The notes beneath the pieces were generated by a model, which saw only the letters and a program-made list of their open reading frames with translations, did no database searches and was not told the DNA's origin. 46,418 nucleotides of DNA from Myxococcales bacterium (GTDB lineage Bacteria; Myxococcota_A; Polyangia; DRWM01; JAAZOP01), in contig JAAZOP010000066.1 of NCBI GenBank assembly GCA_012797735.1, positions 1 through 46,418 on the forward strand, read 5' to 3'. Shown here in pieces: positions 23,701-32,348 of this stretch (the first letter of the stretch is position 1; every line of letters starts with the position of its first letter). A program made the translations under genes and the position numbers.

Positions 23701-24829
23701 CGTCGGGCAGTACTCCGCCATCGCCGTCGGTCCCGACGGCCGCCCGCGCATCGCGTACTACGACGCCACGCACGGCGCGCTGAAGTACGCCGTCCGCGGT
23801 GCCTCCGGCTGGGTCGTCGGCGCCCCGGTCGATGACGAGGGCGACGCGGGACGCTACGCGGACCTGGCGATCGGTCCCGACGGCCGCCCGGTCATCTCCT
23901 ACAACGCCCTGGTCGAATCGACCGAGTACCCCGGCGCGTGGGTTTCGCAGATCAAGGTCGCGCGGGCCAACGACGAGGCGGGGACGAGCTGGCACGTGAC
24001 CGAGGTCGAGTCGGTCGACATCCCGTGCTGGAAGGAGCTGTGCGGCGAGGGCCGCGTCTGCGTCGCCTCGACCCGCGAGTGCGTCGTGCCCGACCCGGAG
24101 TCGGCCTGCGGCTCGAGCGGTTGCGCCTCGGGCGAGGAGTGCGTCGACGGGTCGTGCGTCGAGGTTTTCGAGACCGCGATCGATTTCCCGGAAGGGGTCG
24201 GCATCGTGACGGGGATCGACTTCCTGCCCTCGGGCGAGCCGCTGGTGGTGTACTACGACCGCGGCGCCTGGAACCGCCTCTCCGGCGAACTCCAGCCCCA
24301 CGGCGACCTGAAGCAGGCGGTGTGGTCCGGCTCCGCCTGGTCCGTCACCGTGCTCGACGGCTCCGGCACCGACGCCGGCTGGTACCCGTCGGTCGATGTC
24401 GACGGCGCCGGGACCCGCCACATCGCCTACGTCGACGGCATCGCCGAGGCGCTGATCTACCTGAACCCGGACGCCGGCGTGCGTGAGGTCGTCGACGGCC
24501 GCTCGATGCCGGGCCGTGCGCGCAGCATCGTCGGCGACGACTCCTCGATCCGCGCCACCGCCGCGGGCGACGTCTGGATCGCCTACCAGGACGCCACCGC
24601 CCGCACGCTGATGCTGGCCCACCGTGCCCCCGGCGGCGGCTGGACCACCGCGAGCTACGACACCGGCACCGACTCCGCCGGCTTCTTCGCCACCCTGGTG
24701 CTCGCGCCCGACGCCGTCACGCCGGTCGTCTCGACGTACTGGCACCGCACGACGACCAGCGGCACCTCGACGACGCGGTACGCCTACGAGGTGGGTGTGA
24801 CGGTGTTCGAGGGGCCGCCGTCGCCGTAG
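20789..24829 (+). CDS. giant exported ORF: lipoprotein signal, BPI/LBP-like two-barrel module with Cys-rich insert, MYXO-CTERM-like tag, then in frame a second lipoprotein signal, Cys-rich region and beta-propeller-like repeats
   Basis: Track ORF 18857..24829 has a junk N-terminal extension overlapping the PQQ-repeat gene. The in-frame ATG at 20789 gives MMQRARWLALFLLWFAFQAC (lipobox). Second module repeats: AIAVGPDGRPRIAYYD, DLAIGPDGRPVISYN, IDFLPSGEPLVVYYD, SVDVDGAGTRHIAYVD, AAGDVWIAYQD. Confidence 0.8.
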   Translation: MMQRARWLALFLLWFAFQACDGGGCGGCMEPIPGGFPLARRVENALQFRFTPSGITFLETHARELVASLMPGGLTFDIPESRSSVAVVGDVTICPGGGCTATVSIRGVDIQPTPPSSLVIVAQLEVVTSNIRLSTERNATCLWLSGFECDVDVDTRRASPTYNTIRATLTFRIDTTTGYTALDVTDAGLADDLQNEDIRIESANTCGAIWCSIANIGFVKDYIIGTLEDQLMSTLDDSLASIRCMACPDSGCPAGSTCNGDGFCQRSDGTCVPTLLGVEGQMDLGDVMGSFSPGLSAPIQLLAAAGGYANVDGNGLNLGLFGGLEAPSPSACIPAASTGDYSPVARAPEFATGDTFTHCRRCPTGSECSAGYTCSPAGECRDDAGACEMRTEPVMVKLGVSEQFLNRALGGVFDSGALCLGVSTAAVPQLNSSMLGLLMPAISILTWDRTVPVAIEVRPQRPPRIEVGETLTLPDGTDLPADTLLVVHLDEAQLDFYLWMFERYVRILTVQMDLIVGLRLGVEDGAIVPSISALAADNVLVTDAEIIGPPNNINDLFRDLLGLVAGMIPPFDPIALPEFSGFLLQVPDGGITHVAVGEEDFLAIHANLAVAAAPAPHTETFARVTSLDVPAAAPRPGREPARLADLLPTLTIDAAARAPAPTDRAFDYRWRLDGGSWSPWTRDARLVIRDPRLVFAGDHVVEVQSRLADDDRTIDRDPVRIELPVEGAAPLVGTTHRRDPSRVPSTGLRGRPDAGSTSSSGCGCAVPAGRSRPLPLLLGLALGAVLVLRRRCRALLALAGLVAVAAAGTAVLGCGDSNNPPADTVSGCTADDQCSDGRCCPGTGECVPLPPADGFCPPGYGCLDGSGSFDPSWNAETCEYTTDCCAELPPLPQGFVGSHSEVAAAPDGTIWVSAYSAGPSSRSPYGDLVAGTWDASTAAVDWEHVDGVPAGVTPTGSVTGWRGGISQPGDDVGQYSAIAVGPDGRPRIAYYDATHGALKYAVRGASGWVVGAPVDDEGDAGRYADLAIGPDGRPVISYNALVESTEYPGAWVSQIKVARANDEAGTSWHVTEVESVDIPCWKELCGEGRVCVASTRECVVPDPESACGSSGCASGEECVDGSCVEVFETAIDFPEGVGIVTGIDFLPSGEPLVVYYDRGAWNRLSGELQPHGDLKQAVWSGSAWSVTVLDGSGTDAGWYPSVDVDGAGTRHIAYVDGIAEALIYLNPDAGVREVVDGRSMPGRARSIVGDDSSIRATAAGDVWIAYQDATARTLMLAHRAPGGGWTTASYDTGTDSAGFFATLVLAPDAVTPVVSTYWHRTTTSGTSTTRYAYEVGVTVFEGPPSP
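23069..23230 (+). other. internal MYXO-CTERM-like sorting tag directly abutting a lipoprotein signal peptide (junction 2)
   Basis: GCGCAVPAGRSRPLPLLLGLALGAVLVLRRR, then CRALLALAGLVAVAAAGTAVLG-C. Lipobox Cys codon at 23228-23230. TTG at 23150 precedes the Arg run. Confidence 0.7.
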
Positions 24830-24839
24830 CGGGCGTCGC

Positions 24840-25934
24840 TCAACCGTCGAACAGCCGCACGGAAGCGGCCTTCCAGACCAGCCAGGCGCGCTGGCCGGGC
24901 GCCAGGCCCATCGCCTGCACCGTCGCCCGGGTCACCGCCGCCGTGAGCCGCGGCGCCGGCGCATCTTCCCGGTCCGGCGGGGCCAGCACGACCAGCACCG
25001 TCGGCCCCCGTTCCTCGACCCGTTCGATCGTCCCCTCCACCGCGTTCATCGCGCTGGAGGCGGGGCGGTCCCGGGCCACCAGCACGTCGCGGGCCGGGAG
25101 GGCGGCCCAGCACGGCCCGGGGCGTTCGGCGATCACCGCCCAATCGATCCCCGGGGCGATGAACCGCTGGTGGTCCCCCCGGTCCTCGACGACGCCGCGG
25201 AACAGGTTCTCGACGCCGAGGAACGCGGCGAGGGCGGTCGAGCGCGGGGCGTCGAGCATCGCGGCGGCGTCGCCTCCCTGCGCGATGCGTCCGCCGGCCA
25301 GGAAGTGGACCTGCCCGGCCAGCCGTCGCGCCTGGGCCAGGTCGTGCGTCGCCAGCACCACCGTCGTCTCGCGCCGCGCGCACAGCTCGGCCACCGCCCC
25401 CTCCACCAGGCCGGCCGACAGCGGGTCGAGGTTCGCGGTCGGCTCGTCGAGCAGCAGCAGTTCGGTCCCGAGCGCCAGGCCGCGGGCCAGCGCCGCCCGC
25501 CGCGCCTCGCCCGCGGAGATCCGGTCGACGCGCGCGTCGAGGATCTTCCCGAGGCCCAGCGGCTCGATCCACGGCGCCAGCCGCGCCGGCCGTTCCGCCG
25601 CCGGCACACCGCGCGCCCGCAGGGCGAACTCCACGTTCCAGCGGACCGTGCCCCGCAGCAGCGCCGGCCGGTCGAAGACCAGCGTCGCGCGCCGGCGCGC
25701 GCCCCGCGCCACGCCCCGGGGTCCGGCCACCCGCTCGCCGTCGAAGCGCAACTCGCCCGCGTCGGGCGCGTCGAGCAGCGCCAGCAGGCGCAGGAGGGTG
25801 GTCTTGCCCGAGCCGTTCGCGCCGAGGACGGCGTGCACGCCGGGTCCCGGCAGCTCCAGCGACAGCCCGTCGAGCACCCGACGGGGCGGCGGGCCGGCGA
25901 GCGTTCGGCCGAGACCGTCAGCGTGCACGCGCAT
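24840..25934 (-). CDS. ABC transporter ATP-binding protein with C-terminal TOBE/Mop-like domain (molybdate/tungstate type)
   Basis: Walker A GANGSGKTT, signature ISAGEARR, Walker B LLLLDEPT, H-loop ATHD. About 110 extra C-terminal residues end ...VQAMGLAPGQRAWLVWKAASVRL (TOBE-like). Confidence 0.85.
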   Translation of the reverse strand: MRVHADGLGRTLAGPPPRRVLDGLSLELPGPGVHAVLGANGSGKTTLLRLLALLDAPDAGELRFDGERVAGPRGVARGARRRATLVFDRPALLRGTVRWNVEFALRARGVPAAERPARLAPWIEPLGLGKILDARVDRISAGEARRAALARGLALGTELLLLDEPTANLDPLSAGLVEGAVAELCARRETTVVLATHDLAQARRLAGQVHFLAGGRIAQGGDAAAMLDAPRSTALAAFLGVENLFRGVVEDRGDHQRFIAPGIDWAVIAERPGPCWAALPARDVLVARDRPASSAMNAVEGTIERVEERGPTVLVVLAPPDREDAPAPRLTAAVTRATVQAMGLAPGQRAWLVWKAASVRLFDG

Positions 25935-26610
25935 CGTTTCCCGGCTCCAGGAACAGCAGCGCGACGTTGACCGCCAACGACAGCAGCAGCAGCAGGATCC
26001 CCAGCGCCAGCGCCAGTTCGAACGCGCCGCGCATCGTCTCGGCGGCGATCGCCGTCGTCATCGTCCGCGTCTCGCCGGTGATGTTGCCGCCGACCATCAT
26101 CGTCATGCCGGTCTCGCCCAGCACGCGGGCGAAGCCGGTCAGTCCGGCGGCGAACAGCGCCGGGGCCGCCTGGCGCACCGCCGCGCGCGCGACCCACCGC
26201 CGCCCGCCGCCGGTCGTCCGGGTCGCGTCCAGCAGCAGCGGATCCACCTGTTCGAACGCCGCCAGGAACAACGCCGTCTCCAGCGGGTAGGCCAGCACGG
26301 CCTGGGCCAGGACGATCGCGGTCGGGGTGTACAGCAGCCCGAGCGCCCCCAGCGGTCCGCCGCGACCCAGCATCAGGTAGGCCAGCAGCCCGATCAGCAC
26401 CGCGGGCACCATCATCAGGGCGCGGACCACGGCCCGCAGCGCGCGGCGGCCCGGGAAGCGGCCCAGCCCGAGCGCCAGGGCCGTCGGCAGGGCGAACAGG
26501 GCGGCCAGCGACGCCGCCGCGACGGACACCGCGAGCGACAAGCCCACCACCTCGAGCACGCGGGAATCCAGCGTGCCGATCAACTCCAGCGCTCGTCCGA
26601 AGGGTCCCAT
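25918..26610 (-). CDS. ABC transporter permease, tungstate (TupB-like) type
   Basis: Real start is the ATG at 26610-26608 (MGPFGRALELIG...) inside a much longer junk ORF. Multi-TM. MMVGGNITGETRTMTTAI is the motif I associate with tungstate-type permeases. Overlaps the ATPase start by 17 nt. Confidence 0.8.
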   Translation of the reverse strand: MGPFGRALELIGTLDSRVLEVVGLSLAVSVAAASLAALFALPTALALGLGRFPGRRALRAVVRALMMVPAVLIGLLAYLMLGRGGPLGALGLLYTPTAIVLAQAVLAYPLETALFLAAFEQVDPLLLDATRTTGGGRRWVARAAVRQAAPALFAAGLTGFARVLGETGMTMMVGGNITGETRTMTTAIAAETMRGAFELALALGILLLLLSLAVNVALLFLEPGNDARAR

Positions 26611-26736
26611 CGTCCGTTCGTCCCCCGTCCGGGGCGACCGCTCCCGGCGTCTATCCCATCGGCCGCGTTGCGGCAAGTCGCGCGCGTTCCCCGCCGCGCC
26701 GGCTCGTGCTAGCCTGACCCGCAAGGAGTCTTCCCG

Positions 26737-27207
26737 ATGCGACCCGCGTCCGCCGTTCCCGTCGCCGCGGTCCTTGCCGCCGTCCTCTCGGCCGGTTGCG
26801 GAGGGACCAGGATGTCCCCGTCCCACGTCGGTCCCTCGGGCGACGACCGGGGCGGGGGTGCCGTCGCCGAGCTCGTCTCTCCCGCCGCCGTCGCCCCGGA
26901 GGGCGCTGCGCCGCCCGCGGTCGAGGACGCCCTGCGGCGGCAGCACGACCGCCTGCGTCCGTGCTGGGAGCGCCTCGCCCTCGATCACCCCGACGTGGCC
27001 GGCGGCCGGGCGATCGTCCGGTTCCAGATCGATCCCTCGGGTCGGGTCCTCTCGGCCGATCTGCTGTCGGGTCCGGTCGAAGATCCATCCTTCCGCACGT
27101 GCGTAGAACAGCGGGCGCGGGAGATGAACTTCCCGCAGGGCGACGCGCCGAGCCTGTTCCGTCATGCGTTCGAGTTCGGCGTGTCGGCGCGGGACGGCGT
27201 GGAGTAG
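26737..27207 (+). CDS. lipoprotein with AgmX/PglI-type C-terminal (two-Cys, TonB-C-like) domain
   Basis: AAGGAG RBS. Signal VAAVLAAVLSAGC. C-terminal LRPCWERL...GRAIVRFQIDPSGRV...FRTCVEQRAREMNFP...FRHAFEF. Confidence 0.75.
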   Translation: MRPASAVPVAAVLAAVLSAGCGGTRMSPSHVGPSGDDRGGGAVAELVSPAAVAPEGAAPPAVEDALRRQHDRLRPCWERLALDHPDVAGGRAIVRFQIDPSGRVLSADLLSGPVEDPSFRTCVEQRAREMNFPQGDAPSLFRHAFEFGVSARDGVE

Positions 27208-27232
27208 CGGTCGCCGAGGGGAGGGCGGGACC

Positions 27233-28231
27233 ATGGTGCGACGGGAACGGGAACAGGTCGGTTCGCTGCTCGCCGTCGCGCTCGTCGCGCTCGTCGCCGG
27301 CTGTCGCGAGCCGGTCGCGCGGCCGGGGGACGGGCAGGCCGGTCCGCCCGGGGCCTCCGGCGGCGGCATGCGGATCGCGCTGTCGGAACAGGCCCCGCAG
27401 GCCGCCGCGCCGGGGGCCGAGGGCACCGGGGAACGGGTCGAGGAGCCGGTGTCGGGTGTACCCCCCGCGGCGCCGCCTCCCGCGCCCGTCGGGCTGCCCC
27501 CCGGAGCCGTGGACCTGCCGCCGCCCGCCGAGTCGCCGGAGGAGAAGGCGGCCGAGTGGAAGCAGGACGAGGACGGTGCGGCACTCGCGCCCACCAGGGG
27601 CGGCGCCGGCCGTCTGCCGCCACGGACGGCGCCTGCCCCGGAGCAGACGCGCGAGACGCGTGCGGGCGACGACGAGGACTGGACGGTGTCGCGGCAGGGG
27701 GGCGGGGCCGAACTCGCCGGCGGTGGGGCATCCACGACGACCGTGGTCGGCTCGCGACGGGCGACCACCGACGCGCCGCTTCCGCCGCCGCCCCCTCCCC
27801 CTCCCGCCGTCTCTCCGGGGACGCTCGCGGCGCCGACCGTTCCGGCGCCGGCGGCGTTGCCGTCGGCCGGAACGGCGCCGGACGGCGCGGAGCGGACCGT
27901 GGCGGTCCGGAGCGGCGGCGGCCTGCCGGCCTCCACGGTCCGCGCGCTCTTGCGCCGGCGGGAAGCCGCCCTGCAGCGCTGCTACGACGGCCTGTTGCTG
28001 CGGGCGCCGGGTACCGGCAGCGGCAGCTTCAGCGTCCTCCTGCGCATCCGGACCACGGGCGAGGTGGAGCGGGTGGAGCGGGTCGGCGGGACGCTGGAGG
28101 ACGCGGATTTCGAGCGATGCGTGCTGGACCAGCTGCGCCGGGTCGACTTCCCCGCGGCGGACACCCCCACCGTCTTCACGCACTCGTTCCAGTTCGCCCC
28201 GTCCGGGGCCGCCGCGCCGCTCACCGAGTGA
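27233..28231 (+). CDS. proline-rich lipoprotein with AgmX/PglI-type C-terminal domain
   Basis: ATG 27233 follows GAGGGGAGGG. Signal LLAVALVALVAGC. Long Pro/Ala/Gly linker (PPPPPPPPAVSPG). C-terminal LQRCYDGL...FSVLLRIRTTGEV...FERCVLDQLRRVDFP...FTHSFQF. Confidence 0.75.
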   Translation: MVRREREQVGSLLAVALVALVAGCREPVARPGDGQAGPPGASGGGMRIALSEQAPQAAAPGAEGTGERVEEPVSGVPPAAPPPAPVGLPPGAVDLPPPAESPEEKAAEWKQDEDGAALAPTRGGAGRLPPRTAPAPEQTRETRAGDDEDWTVSRQGGGAELAGGGASTTTVVGSRRATTDAPLPPPPPPPPAVSPGTLAAPTVPAPAALPSAGTAPDGAERTVAVRSGGGLPASTVRALLRRREAALQRCYDGLLLRAPGTGSGSFSVLLRIRTTGEVERVERVGGTLEDADFERCVLDQLRRVDFPAADTPTVFTHSFQFAPSGAAAPLTE

Positions 28232-28234
28232 CCG

Positions 28235-29692
28235 CTAGGTTTCCTCGCCGAGGCGCCGGCGGACGACGCGCACCGCCTCGTCCAGGGAGATCCGCTCCTG
28301 TCGCATCGTATCGCGGTCGCGGATCGTGACGGTGCCGTCCTCCTTGGTCTGGCCGTCGATCGTCAGGCAGTACGGTGTCCCCGCCTCGTCGTGGCGGCGG
28401 TAGCGCTTCCCGATCGAGTGTTGTTCGTCGTAGCGCGCGTTGATCCCCGCCCGGTAGAACCGCTTCACGACGTCACGCGCCAACTCGGGCAGCCCGTCCT
28501 TCTTCACCAGGGGGAAGACGCCGACCTTGTAGGGCGCCAGCCGGGGGTGGAGGCGCAGCACGACGCGCGGTTCTCCGCCGGGCTCGGTCGCCGGTTCCTC
28601 GTCGTAGGCGTCGCACAGCAGCATCAGCACGGAGCGGGTGGCGCCGGCGGACGGTTCGACGACGTAGGGCACGTAGCGCCAGCCCGGCTTGCCGGTGACC
28701 GGGTCGGGTTTGTTCTGGTCGAAGTACGACAGCTTCTTCCCGGAGTACTCGGCGTGCTTGCGCAGGTCGTAGTCGGTGCGCGAGGCGATCCCCTCCAGCT
28801 CGTCCCAGCCCCACGGGAAGCGGTACTCCACGTCGTAGCAGTCGTCGGCGTAGTGGGCCAGCTCGTCCTTGGCGTGGCGGCGCAACCGCACGTCGTCCGG
28901 GTGGTTGAGGTAGCGCCGGTACCAGGCGAGCCGCTCCTTCGTCCAGTGGTCCATCCATTCGGCCTGCGTCCCCGGCTCGACGAAGAACTCGATCTCCATC
29001 TGCTCGAACTCGACCGAGCGGAAGATGAAGTGCTCGACCGTGACCTCGTTGCGGAACGACTTCCCCGCCTGGGCGATGCCGAACGGGACCTTCATCGACA
29101 TCGTGGACTGGACGTTCTCGAACTGCACGAACATCGCCTGCGCGGTTTCGGGACGCAGATAGATTGTGTTCTCGACCGACTCGACGGGTCCGAGGTTCGT
29201 CCGGAACATCAGGTTGAACATCCGCTCCTCGGACAGGTCCGGCGAGCCGCACGTCGGACAGACGTATCCGCGCTCGACGACCCGGCGCAGCTTCCGGCCG
29301 CCCTTCTTCCCGCCTTCGAGGTACTCGACCTCGGTCCCCGTCTCGACCCGCGGCGCCTTGTCCGCGCGGAACCGCTCCTTGCAGTTGCGGCAGTCGACCA
29401 GCGGGTCCTGGAAGCCCGCGACGTGTCCCGAGGCTTCCCAGACGCGGGGGTGCATCATGATCGAGGCATCGATCCCGACGACGTCCTCGCGTTCGTAGAC
29501 CACCGCCCGCCACCACTCGGCGATCACGTTCCGTTTCAACTCCACGCCCAGCGGGCCGTAGTCGTAGCAGCTCCGGAGTCCGCCGTAGATCTCGCTCGAG
29601 GGGAAGATGAAGCCGCGGCGCTTGCACAGCGACACGATCTTCCCCATCTTCTCCTCGCCCGCCCGCCGGTCCGCGCCTCGTTCGTCCGACAT
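28235..29692 (-). CDS. glyQS: glycine--tRNA ligase (homodimeric class II type)
   Basis: LCKRRGFIFPSSEIYGGLRSCYDYGPLGVELKRN..., RPETAQAMF, ...GIAQAGKSFRNE..., FEQMEIEFF. ATG 29692 is preceded by GAAGAGGTG with 7-nt spacing (alternative ATG at 29647). Confidence 0.95.
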   Translation of the reverse strand: MSDERGADRRAGEEKMGKIVSLCKRRGFIFPSSEIYGGLRSCYDYGPLGVELKRNVIAEWWRAVVYEREDVVGIDASIMMHPRVWEASGHVAGFQDPLVDCRNCKERFRADKAPRVETGTEVEYLEGGKKGGRKLRRVVERGYVCPTCGSPDLSEERMFNLMFRTNLGPVESVENTIYLRPETAQAMFVQFENVQSTMSMKVPFGIAQAGKSFRNEVTVEHFIFRSVEFEQMEIEFFVEPGTQAEWMDHWTKERLAWYRRYLNHPDDVRLRRHAKDELAHYADDCYDVEYRFPWGWDELEGIASRTDYDLRKHAEYSGKKLSYFDQNKPDPVTGKPGWRYVPYVVEPSAGATRSVLMLLCDAYDEEPATEPGGEPRVVLRLHPRLAPYKVGVFPLVKKDGLPELARDVVKRFYRAGINARYDEQHSIGKRYRRHDEAGTPYCLTIDGQTKEDGTVTIRDRDTMRQERISLDEAVRVVRRRLGEET

Positions 29693-29841
29693 CGTTCCGC
29701 ACCTCTTCCGCGCCGCCGCCCTCGGTCCGGGACCCCTGGCCAGCGCGGTGCGAAAGCTATACCATCCGCCCCGGCGGGGGGAAGCTCCGAGCGCGCCGCG
29801 GCGTGCGGCCGCGGGCGTCGCCCCACCGGGGAGGAAGCGCG

Positions 29842-30696
29842 ATGGACGTCCGCAAGATCGCCGTTCTCGGCGCCGGCGCCATGGGTTCCGGCATCGCCCA
29901 GGTGGCCGCCTGCTCCGGTTTCGCGGTCGAGCTGATGGACCTCGAACGGGAGATGCTCGAGCGGAGCCTGGCCAAGGTCCGTCACGATTTCGAGCGCGGG
30001 GTCTGTTCGGGCAAGCTGAGCGAAAGGGCCGCGGCCGAGGCGCTGTCGCGGATTTCCACCACGACGTCGATCGCCGAGGCCTGTCGCCAGGCCGATCTCG
30101 TGATCGAATCGGTCCCCGAGAACCTCGACCTCAAGAAGAGCGTGTTCGGGGCCGCCGACGCCGCGGCCCCGCCGCACGCCGTGCTCGCCTCCAACACCGC
30201 CCAGCTCTCCGTCACCGCGATGGGCGCCGCCACCGGGCGGCCCGACCGCGTGGTCGGCATGCACTGGTTCAACCCGCCGGCGACGATGCGGCTGATCGAG
30301 GTCGCCCGCGGGGTGTTCACCTCCGACGAGACCGTCGCCGTCGTCCGCGCCGTCGCCGAGCGGATGGGCAAGACGGTGATCGTCTGCCGCGACGCCCAGG
30401 GTTTCGTCACCTCCCGCGCCCTGGGCGCGCACCTGCTCGAGTGCATCCGTCTGTTCGAGGAGGGGGTCGCCTCCGCCCAGGAGATCGACACCGCGATCAA
30501 GCTCGGCCTCGGCTACCCGATGGGACCGCTCGAACTGGCCGACCACGTCGGCCTCGACGTGATCTACCAGTCGGCCCTCGGTCTGGCCGAGGCGTTCGGC
30601 GATCGGTTCCGTCCCCCGCAAACCCTCGTCAAGCTGGTCGAGGCCGGACACCTCGGGGTCAAGACCGGCCGCGGCTTCCACGCCCACGGAACGTGA
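29842..30696 (+). CDS. 3-hydroxyacyl-CoA (3-hydroxybutyryl-CoA-type) dehydrogenase
   Basis: ATG 29842 follows GGGGAGGAAG. Rossmann KIAVLGAGAMGSGIAQV, VIESVPENLDLKK, HWFNPP, GFVTSRAL, GYPMGPLELAD. Confidence 0.9.
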   Translation: MDVRKIAVLGAGAMGSGIAQVAACSGFAVELMDLEREMLERSLAKVRHDFERGVCSGKLSERAAAEALSRISTTTSIAEACRQADLVIESVPENLDLKKSVFGAADAAAPPHAVLASNTAQLSVTAMGAATGRPDRVVGMHWFNPPATMRLIEVARGVFTSDETVAVVRAVAERMGKTVIVCRDAQGFVTSRALGAHLLECIRLFEEGVASAQEIDTAIKLGLGYPMGPLELADHVGLDVIYQSALGLAEAFGDRFRPPQTLVKLVEAGHLGVKTGRGFHAHGT

Positions 30697-30700
30697 CGCG

Positions 30701-31846
30701 ATGCCCGACCACCCGCCGCACGGCCCGCTCGCCGGCTTGCGCGTGCTCGAAACCGCCACGCTGCTGCCCGGCCCCTGGGCGGGCCTGATGCTCGCCGAGC
30801 TCGGGGCCGAGGTGATCAAGGTCGAGCCGCCCGGGGGAGACCCGACCCGGCACTACCCGCCGCACCGCGGCGGCGTCGGCTACCTGTTCCTGCTGGCCAA
30901 CCGCGGCAAGCGCTCGGTCGTCCTCGACCTCAAGCAGCCCGCGCAGCGCGACCGCTTCCTGGCCCTGGCCCGCACCGCCGACGTGACGCTCGACTCGTGG
31001 CGTCCCGAGGCCGCCGCGCGCCTCGGCCTGACCCCCGACGTGCTCGCCGCGGCCAACCCGCGCCTCGTCACCTGCTCGATCACCGGCTACGGGAGCGCCG
31101 GCCCCCGCCGGCAACGCGCCGGCCACGACATCAACTACGAGGCGTGGGCCGGCGTGCTGGCGCTTTCCGGCCACCCCGTCACGGGCCCCGCGGTCCCGGC
31201 CGTCCAGGCCGCCGACTTCGGCGGCGGCACCCTGCCCGCCGTGATCGGCATCCTCGCCGCGCTGCTCGAACGCTCGCGTACCGGCCGCGGCCGGCACCTC
31301 GACGTCGCGATGGCCGTCGGCTGCGTCCCCCTCAACGTCATGGCGCTCGGCCTGAGCGACGCCGGACTCGACGACCCGGCCCCGGGCGACGGACCGCTCA
31401 CCGGCGGCCTCCCCTGCTTCCGCGTCTACCGCGCCCGCACCGGCTGGCTCGCCGTCGGAGCGCTCGAGCCGAAATTCTGGCGCGAGTTCTGCCGCGTGCT
31501 GGGCCTTCCGGAACTGGTCCCGGACGCCTTCGCCCTCGGCGAGCGGCGCGACGAGGTCGTTCACCTCGTCGAACGCCGCCTGGCGGAGGCCGACGCCGAG
31601 GAGTGGGAGCGCCGGTTCCGCGGCGTCGACACCTGCGTCGAGCGGGTCCGGACGCCGCGCGAGGTGCTGGCCGACCCGTGGCTGCGCGAGCTCGGCGTCA
31701 TCGGCACAACGCCCGACCCCGAAGGTCGGCCGCTCGCCACGCTGCGCGCCCTGCCGTCCTGGCCCGACACTCCCGCGCTCGGCCCCGCCCCCGCGCTCGG
31801 CGAACACACCGCCGCGGTGCTCGGCGCGATTCCGGAGGGTACTTGA
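30701..31846 (+). CDS. family III CoA-transferase (CaiB/BaiF-type)
   Basis: LAGLRVLETATLLPGPWAGLMLAELGAEVIKVEPPGGDPTR..., GYGSAGP...AGHDINY: typical family III signature order. Confidence 0.85.
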   Translation: MPDHPPHGPLAGLRVLETATLLPGPWAGLMLAELGAEVIKVEPPGGDPTRHYPPHRGGVGYLFLLANRGKRSVVLDLKQPAQRDRFLALARTADVTLDSWRPEAAARLGLTPDVLAAANPRLVTCSITGYGSAGPRRQRAGHDINYEAWAGVLALSGHPVTGPAVPAVQAADFGGGTLPAVIGILAALLERSRTGRGRHLDVAMAVGCVPLNVMALGLSDAGLDDPAPGDGPLTGGLPCFRVYRARTGWLAVGALEPKFWREFCRVLGLPELVPDAFALGERRDEVVHLVERRLAEADAEEWERRFRGVDTCVERVRTPREVLADPWLRELGVIGTTPDPEGRPLATLRALPSWPDTPALGPAPALGEHTAAVLGAIPEGT

Positions 31847-32064
31847 GAGTCCGCGTCGAGTGCTACGCCGGGTCGCGGGGCGACGAGCGCCCGACGGCGG
31901 TCGTGCTCGGCGGGACGCGGCTTTCCGTCGCCGAGGTGCTCGACACCTGGTACGGCACCGACCACCTCTACTTCCGCCTGCGGCTGGAGCGGGGCGACGA
32001 GCTGCTCGTGCGGCGCGACGAAGACGGCGCGTGGACGCTCGAGCAGCTCGTCGCACGACGGTGA
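31843..32064 (+). CDS. small conserved hypothetical protein (about 73 aa)
   Basis: TTG at 31843 overlaps the CoA-transferase stop (TTGA). The coding-looking sequence RVECYAGSRGDERPTAVVLGG...VLDTWYGTDHLYFRLRLERGDELLVRRDEDGAWTL contrasts with the junk upstream part of track ORF 30997..32064. Confidence 0.5.
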   Translation: MRVRVECYAGSRGDERPTAVVLGGTRLSVAEVLDTWYGTDHLYFRLRLERGDELLVRRDEDGAWTLEQLVARR

Positions 32065-32111
32065 CCCGCCGTCCGGCCGGCGCCCGGCTTGTTCGGGCCG
32101 CGCGGCCAGCA

Positions 32112-32270
32112 TTGGGCAGCAATCGTTTGGCAGCGATCGAGGTCAGAAGCAGCCGCCCGCGGGACACGGCGCCGGGGCTGGACGCGTTCCTCGCGCGGTT
32201 CCGTCCCTCCCGCGTGCTGCTCGTCGGCAGCGACGGGATCCCCTGGAGGAGTTCCTCGGCCGCTCCGGCG
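32112..32270 (+). pseudogene. 3'-terminal remnant of a DUF4143/COG1373-type AAA ATPase gene, with a 1-nt frameshift
   Basis: LGSNRLAAIEVRSSRPRDTAPGLDAFLARFRPSRVLLVGSDGIP, then after a -1 slip in the C-run at 32240-32243 ...LEEFLGRS. This matches the usual C-terminus of these ATPases (..IEVKSG....GL.AF...F.P.R.LLVG.DGI.LEEFL). No upstream body of the gene is present. Confidence 0.5.
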
Positions 32271-32348
32271 ACGGATGGGCTCCTTGCGCCGTTCGGCGTC
32301 CGGCCGCCGGTTGGACATCGGCCCCCGGGTCGTGCGAGGGTACGGCCG

